NCBI GenBank assembly: GCA_949482135.1
Contig: CASYFC010000010.1
Location: 4,264 to 68,263 of the forward strand
Direction: 5' to 3'
Source: an uncultured Clostridia bacterium
Lineage (GTDB): Bacteria; Bacillota; Clostridia; TANB77; CAG-508
DNA length: 64,000 bases
Part shown: positions 60,443-64,000 of the stretch, one piece after another
Layout: each line of letters begins with the position of its first letter
Position numbering within the stretch: the stretch's first letter is position 1
Made by a program: the position numbers and the translations under genes
Notes under the pieces: generated by a model
The model's input: only the letters and a program-made list of their open reading frames with translations
The model's database searches: none
What the model was told of the DNA's origin: nothing

Positions 60443-63226
60443 ATGTGTGATAATTGTGAAGAAAAGAAAGATTATAGCAAAACATTAAATTTGCCAAAAA
60501 CAGACTTTCCAATGAGAGGAAATTTACCAGAAAATGAGCCAAAAATCAAAGAAAAAGTATTTGATAAAGGCTTATATGAAAAAATGTTAAAAAAGAATGA
60601 AGGTAAAACTCCATTTGTATTACATGACGGACCTCCATATGCTAATGGAGAAATTCATTTAGGTCATGCTTTAAATAAAATTTTAAAAGATACAATAGTT
60701 AGATATAAAAATTTACAAGGATATTATACACCATTTATTCCAGGATATGATACACATGGTATGCCAACAGAAAAAAAAGCAATTGAAAAATTAGGATTAA
60801 ATAGAAATGAAATACCAGTAAATACATTTAGAGATACATGTAAGCAATTTACAATGGATTATAAAGATAAACAAACAGAAGGATTTAAGAGATTAGGTGT
60901 TTTAGCAGATTGGGAACATCCATATATAACATATCAACCACAAATGGAAACAAAGCAAATAGGTGTATTTGCAGATATGTATAAAAAAGGTTATATATAT
61001 AAAGGTTTAAAACCAGTATATTGGTGTACAGATTGTGAAACAGCATTAGCTGAAGCTGAAATCGAATACAAAGATATAAATTCAAATACAGCATATGTAA
61101 AATTTCCAGTTGTAGACGGAAAAGGATTAATTCAAAGAGATAATACTTATGTTGTAATATGGACAACAACTCCATGGACATTACCAGGAAATACAATGAT
61201 TGCAGTTGGAGAAGATTTTGATTATGCTGTAGTTAAAGTTGGAACTGAAAGATTAATCTTTGCAAAAGACTTAGTTGAAGAGGTTATGAAAATTGCAGGA
61301 ATTGAAGACTATGAAATAGAAGAAGACTTTAAAGGCAAAGCTTTAGAAGGAATAGTTTGTAAGCATCCTTTCTTAGATAGACAATCAAAAATTGTTTTGG
61401 GAACAGAAGATAGTGTAAATGTAGAACTAGGAACAGGTTCTGGTTGTGTACACTGTGCACCAAGCTATGGTAAAGAAGACTATTTATTAGGTTTAAAACA
61501 TGATAGTGATATAATAGTTACTGTTGATGCAAAAGGTGTTCAAAGAGGAGAAGGTGCAGGACCTTTCCAAGATATGTATTATGCAAAATCAGATAAAGAA
61601 ATTATTAAATGGTTAGATGAACATGGATTACTTTTAGCAAGCCAAGTTGTAAATCACTCATATCCACATTGCTGGAGATGTAAGAAACCAGTTATATTTA
61701 GAGCTACAAGTCAATGGTTTGCATCAGTTGATGGATTTAGAAAAGAAAGTTTAGATGCTATAAAAACAGTAAAATGGTATCCTGCTTGGGGAGAAGAAAG
61801 AATTACAAAAATGATAGAAGATAGAAATGATTGGTGTATTTCTCGTCAAAGAACATGGGGAGTACCAATACCAATATTCTATTGTAAGGATTGCGAAAAA
61901 GAATATGTAACAGAAGAAAGCTTAAAGAAAGTTCAAGAAATTGTAAAAGAAAAAGGCACAAATGCTTGGTTTGATTTAACAGAAAAAGAATTAATGCCAG
62001 AAAATGCAAAATGTGAATGTGGATGTACAGAGTTCAAAAAAGAAACAGATATAATGGATGTTTGGTTTGATTCTGGATCAACACATGAATCTGTTTTAGC
62101 AGAAAGAGGATTACCAGAAGCTAATTTATATTTAGAAGGAAGTGATCAATATAGAGGTTGGTTCCAATCATCACTTCTAACATCTGTTGCAACAAAGGGA
62201 AAAGCACCATATAAAGAAGTTATAACACATGGATATACAGTTGATGAACAAGGAAGAAAAATGTCTAAATCTTTAGGAAATGGTATAGCTCCACAAGATG
62301 TTATTAAAGATTTAGGTGCTGATATTTTAAGACTTTGGGTATTATCATCAGATTATAAATCAGATATAAGTGGATCAAAAAATATCATGAAGCAAGTATC
62401 TGAAGTTTATAGAAAAATAAGAAATACAGCAAGATATATACTTGGAAATATTTCAGACTACGATGTAAATTCTCCAGTAGCTTATGAAGATCTAAAAGAA
62501 ATAGATAAATGGGCTTTAACAAGATTAAACAAATTAATAAAAGATTGTACAAAAGCTTATGACAGTTATGATTTCCATGATGCATATCATGCTATAAATC
62601 AATTCTGTGTTACAGATATGAGCCAATTTTATTTAGATATAATAAAAGATAGATTATATACATTAAAACCTGATTCAATTGAAAGAAGAGCTGCTCAAAC
62701 AACAATGTATGAAATACTTTCTTGTTTAGTAAGAATACTAGCTCCAATGACATGCTTTACAGCAGAAGAAATTTGGAGTTATATGCCACATAAGGATGGA
62801 GAAAATTTAGAGAGTGTAATGCTTGAGAATTATCCAAATGTAAATGATAAATATGAAAATGAAGAATTAGCTTTAAGATGGGCAAAATTAATAAAAATAA
62901 AAGAAGAGGTTGCTAAAAAGTTAGAAATAGCAAGAACTAATAAAGATATAGGACTTTCATTAGAAGCTAAAGTTACATTATTTGCTGAAGGTGATGAATA
63001 TGAATTTATAAAAGGAAAAGAAGAACTTTTAAAAGAAATACTTATTGTATCTGATGTTGAAATCCGTGAAAATAGAAGAAATGAAGACACAGAAGTTGCA
63101 ATAGGTGTTAAAGTAGAAAAAGCCAAAGGCGAAAAATGCGAAAGATGCTGGATGTATTCAGAAACAGTTGGAGAAAATTCAGAGTACCCAACATTATGTG
63201 AAAGATGTAGAGATAATTTAAACTAA
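60443..63226 (+). CDS. ileS: Isoleucine--tRNA ligase (type 1)
   Basis: HDGPPYANG.IHLGH, WTTTPWTLP, DWCISRQR, KMSKS, C-terminal KCERCW zinc finger. Confidence 0.99.
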   Translation: MCDNCEEKKDYSKTLNLPKTDFPMRGNLPENEPKIKEKVFDKGLYEKMLKKNEGKTPFVLHDGPPYANGEIHLGHALNKILKDTIVRYKNLQGYYTPFIPGYDTHGMPTEKKAIEKLGLNRNEIPVNTFRDTCKQFTMDYKDKQTEGFKRLGVLADWEHPYITYQPQMETKQIGVFADMYKKGYIYKGLKPVYWCTDCETALAEAEIEYKDINSNTAYVKFPVVDGKGLIQRDNTYVVIWTTTPWTLPGNTMIAVGEDFDYAVVKVGTERLIFAKDLVEEVMKIAGIEDYEIEEDFKGKALEGIVCKHPFLDRQSKIVLGTEDSVNVELGTGSGCVHCAPSYGKEDYLLGLKHDSDIIVTVDAKGVQRGEGAGPFQDMYYAKSDKEIIKWLDEHGLLLASQVVNHSYPHCWRCKKPVIFRATSQWFASVDGFRKESLDAIKTVKWYPAWGEERITKMIEDRNDWCISRQRTWGVPIPIFYCKDCEKEYVTEESLKKVQEIVKEKGTNAWFDLTEKELMPENAKCECGCTEFKKETDIMDVWFDSGSTHESVLAERGLPEANLYLEGSDQYRGWFQSSLLTSVATKGKAPYKEVITHGYTVDEQGRKMSKSLGNGIAPQDVIKDLGADILRLWVLSSDYKSDISGSKNIMKQVSEVYRKIRNTARYILGNISDYDVNSPVAYEDLKEIDKWALTRLNKLIKDCTKAYDSYDFHDAYHAINQFCVTDMSQFYLDIIKDRLYTLKPDSIERRAAQTTMYEILSCLVRILAPMTCFTAEEIWSYMPHKDGENLESVMLENYPNVNDKYENEELALRWAKLIKIKEEVAKKLEIARTNKDIGLSLEAKVTLFAEGDEYEFIKGKEELLKEILIVSDVEIRENRRNEDTEVAIGVKVEKAKGEKCERCWMYSETVGENSEYPTLCERCRDNLN

Positions 63227-63239
63227 TAAAGTAAAAAAT

Positions 63240-63267
63240 GAAATTTAGGGATGTTCCTTAAATTTCA
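63240..63267. repeat. Short palindromic REP-like element, copy 2; probably doubles as terminator
   Basis: GAAATTTAGGGATGTTCCTTAAATTTCA between convergent genes. Confidence 0.65.
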
Positions 63268-63280
63268 TTTTTTTATTTTT

Positions 63281-63973
63281 TTATGAACTTAATTTATTTG
63301 CAATAAAATTAATTGTAAATTTTGCTGTGATTTTATCTGGATATGTAACTCCAAAATATTTTTCGATTTTTTTCAAAGTTTCATCAGTTGCAGAACCATA
63401 AAGATATAGAATACTCCTTTCAATAGCCCACTTAACAACCTTACTAGTTGTATTATTTAATTCTGCTACATGTGAATATATATCATAAAATACGGTTTCA
63501 AAAGAATAAGATCCTTTATATGAGTTTGCATATAAAATAGAATCTAATAAATAGTTTGTTCCAGAGAGTTTAAAACTAAATCCAATGTTAGATAATATTT
63601 TAATGGCTTTATCTTTTTTTGAAGCCTTTATGTTTTCTTTAACAAAATCAGTAATTTTTTCTGTTATACAAGAAAAGCTTTCACGATAATCTATAATAAT
63701 ATAATTTTTATATGAAATATCATGTTTTACTTTTGAATTTGAAATTAAAACTACTCCAGGAGAATATATAATAAATCTTTCTTGAATTACTTGAAAAATT
63801 TTTTCATTGGTAGTAATAACTAAATCTGGATCAGCTTCTTTTATTATATTTTGAGCTTCATCTATAGTAGTTGCAATACCAACAAGTCTAATATTTTCAA
63901 TCTTAGATACTACCTTATTTATGATCTTTTGTGATGTGCCTAATGTATTGCACAATAGCATTAATTTTAACAT
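63281..63973 (-). CDS. Spo0A-like protein with degenerate receiver domain
   Basis: Receiver-like N-terminus plus IGF..KLSGTNYL..IYSHVA..TTSKVVKWAIERSI Spo0A_C-like domain. Confidence 0.75.
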   Translation of the reverse strand: MLKLMLLCNTLGTSQKIINKVVSKIENIRLVGIATTIDEAQNIIKEADPDLVITTNEKIFQVIQERFIIYSPGVVLISNSKVKHDISYKNYIIIDYRESFSCITEKITDFVKENIKASKKDKAIKILSNIGFSFKLSGTNYLLDSILYANSYKGSYSFETVFYDIYSHVAELNNTTSKVVKWAIERSILYLYGSATDETLKKIEKYFGVTYPDKITAKFTINFIANKLSS

Positions 63974-64000
63974 ATTATTTCACCCCTATATTAATAAAAC

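Noticed and set aside
671-63126. Numerous short antisense or overlapping ORFs in the track (e.g. 671-1009, 4961-5296, 36250-36663, 43956-44228, 62830-63126)
   Set aside because: Shadows of well-supported genes on the other strand or frame, without RBS or recognisable motifs

Overview
Very AT-rich chromosome segment from a Clostridia-like firmicute. 1-11.2 kb holds the end of the S10 operon and the spc-alpha ribosomal cluster (rpsQ..secY-adk-map-infA-rpmJ-rpsM-rpsK-rpsD-rpoA-rplQ). rpmD (L30) is absent and a promoter sits in its place, and two copies of a ~125-bp palindromic element are inserted in the cluster. The rest mixes housekeeping loci (U32 protein, dapA/dapB, aroF, tmRNA, P-type ATPase under a yybP-ykoY riboswitch, rsuA, Ile T-box-proX-ileS) with many stand-alone accessory genes and a ~7-kb MOBV integrative mobilizable element at tRNA-Leu(TAG). 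Best candidates for new biology: (i) a 1441-aa protein with helical repeats, a possible ART-like domain and a cGAS/OAS/CCA-type nucleotidyltransferase domain, translationally coupled to a small partner; it is one of several orphan effector-like enzymes, the others being a transglutaminase-like protein and a RelA/SpoT synthetase; (ii) a Phe/Tyr-rich leader-peptide attenuator controlling aroF in a firmicute; (iii) a structured ~280-nt small-ORF transcript inside the mobile element. All domain calls come from motif recognition by eye; no searches were run.
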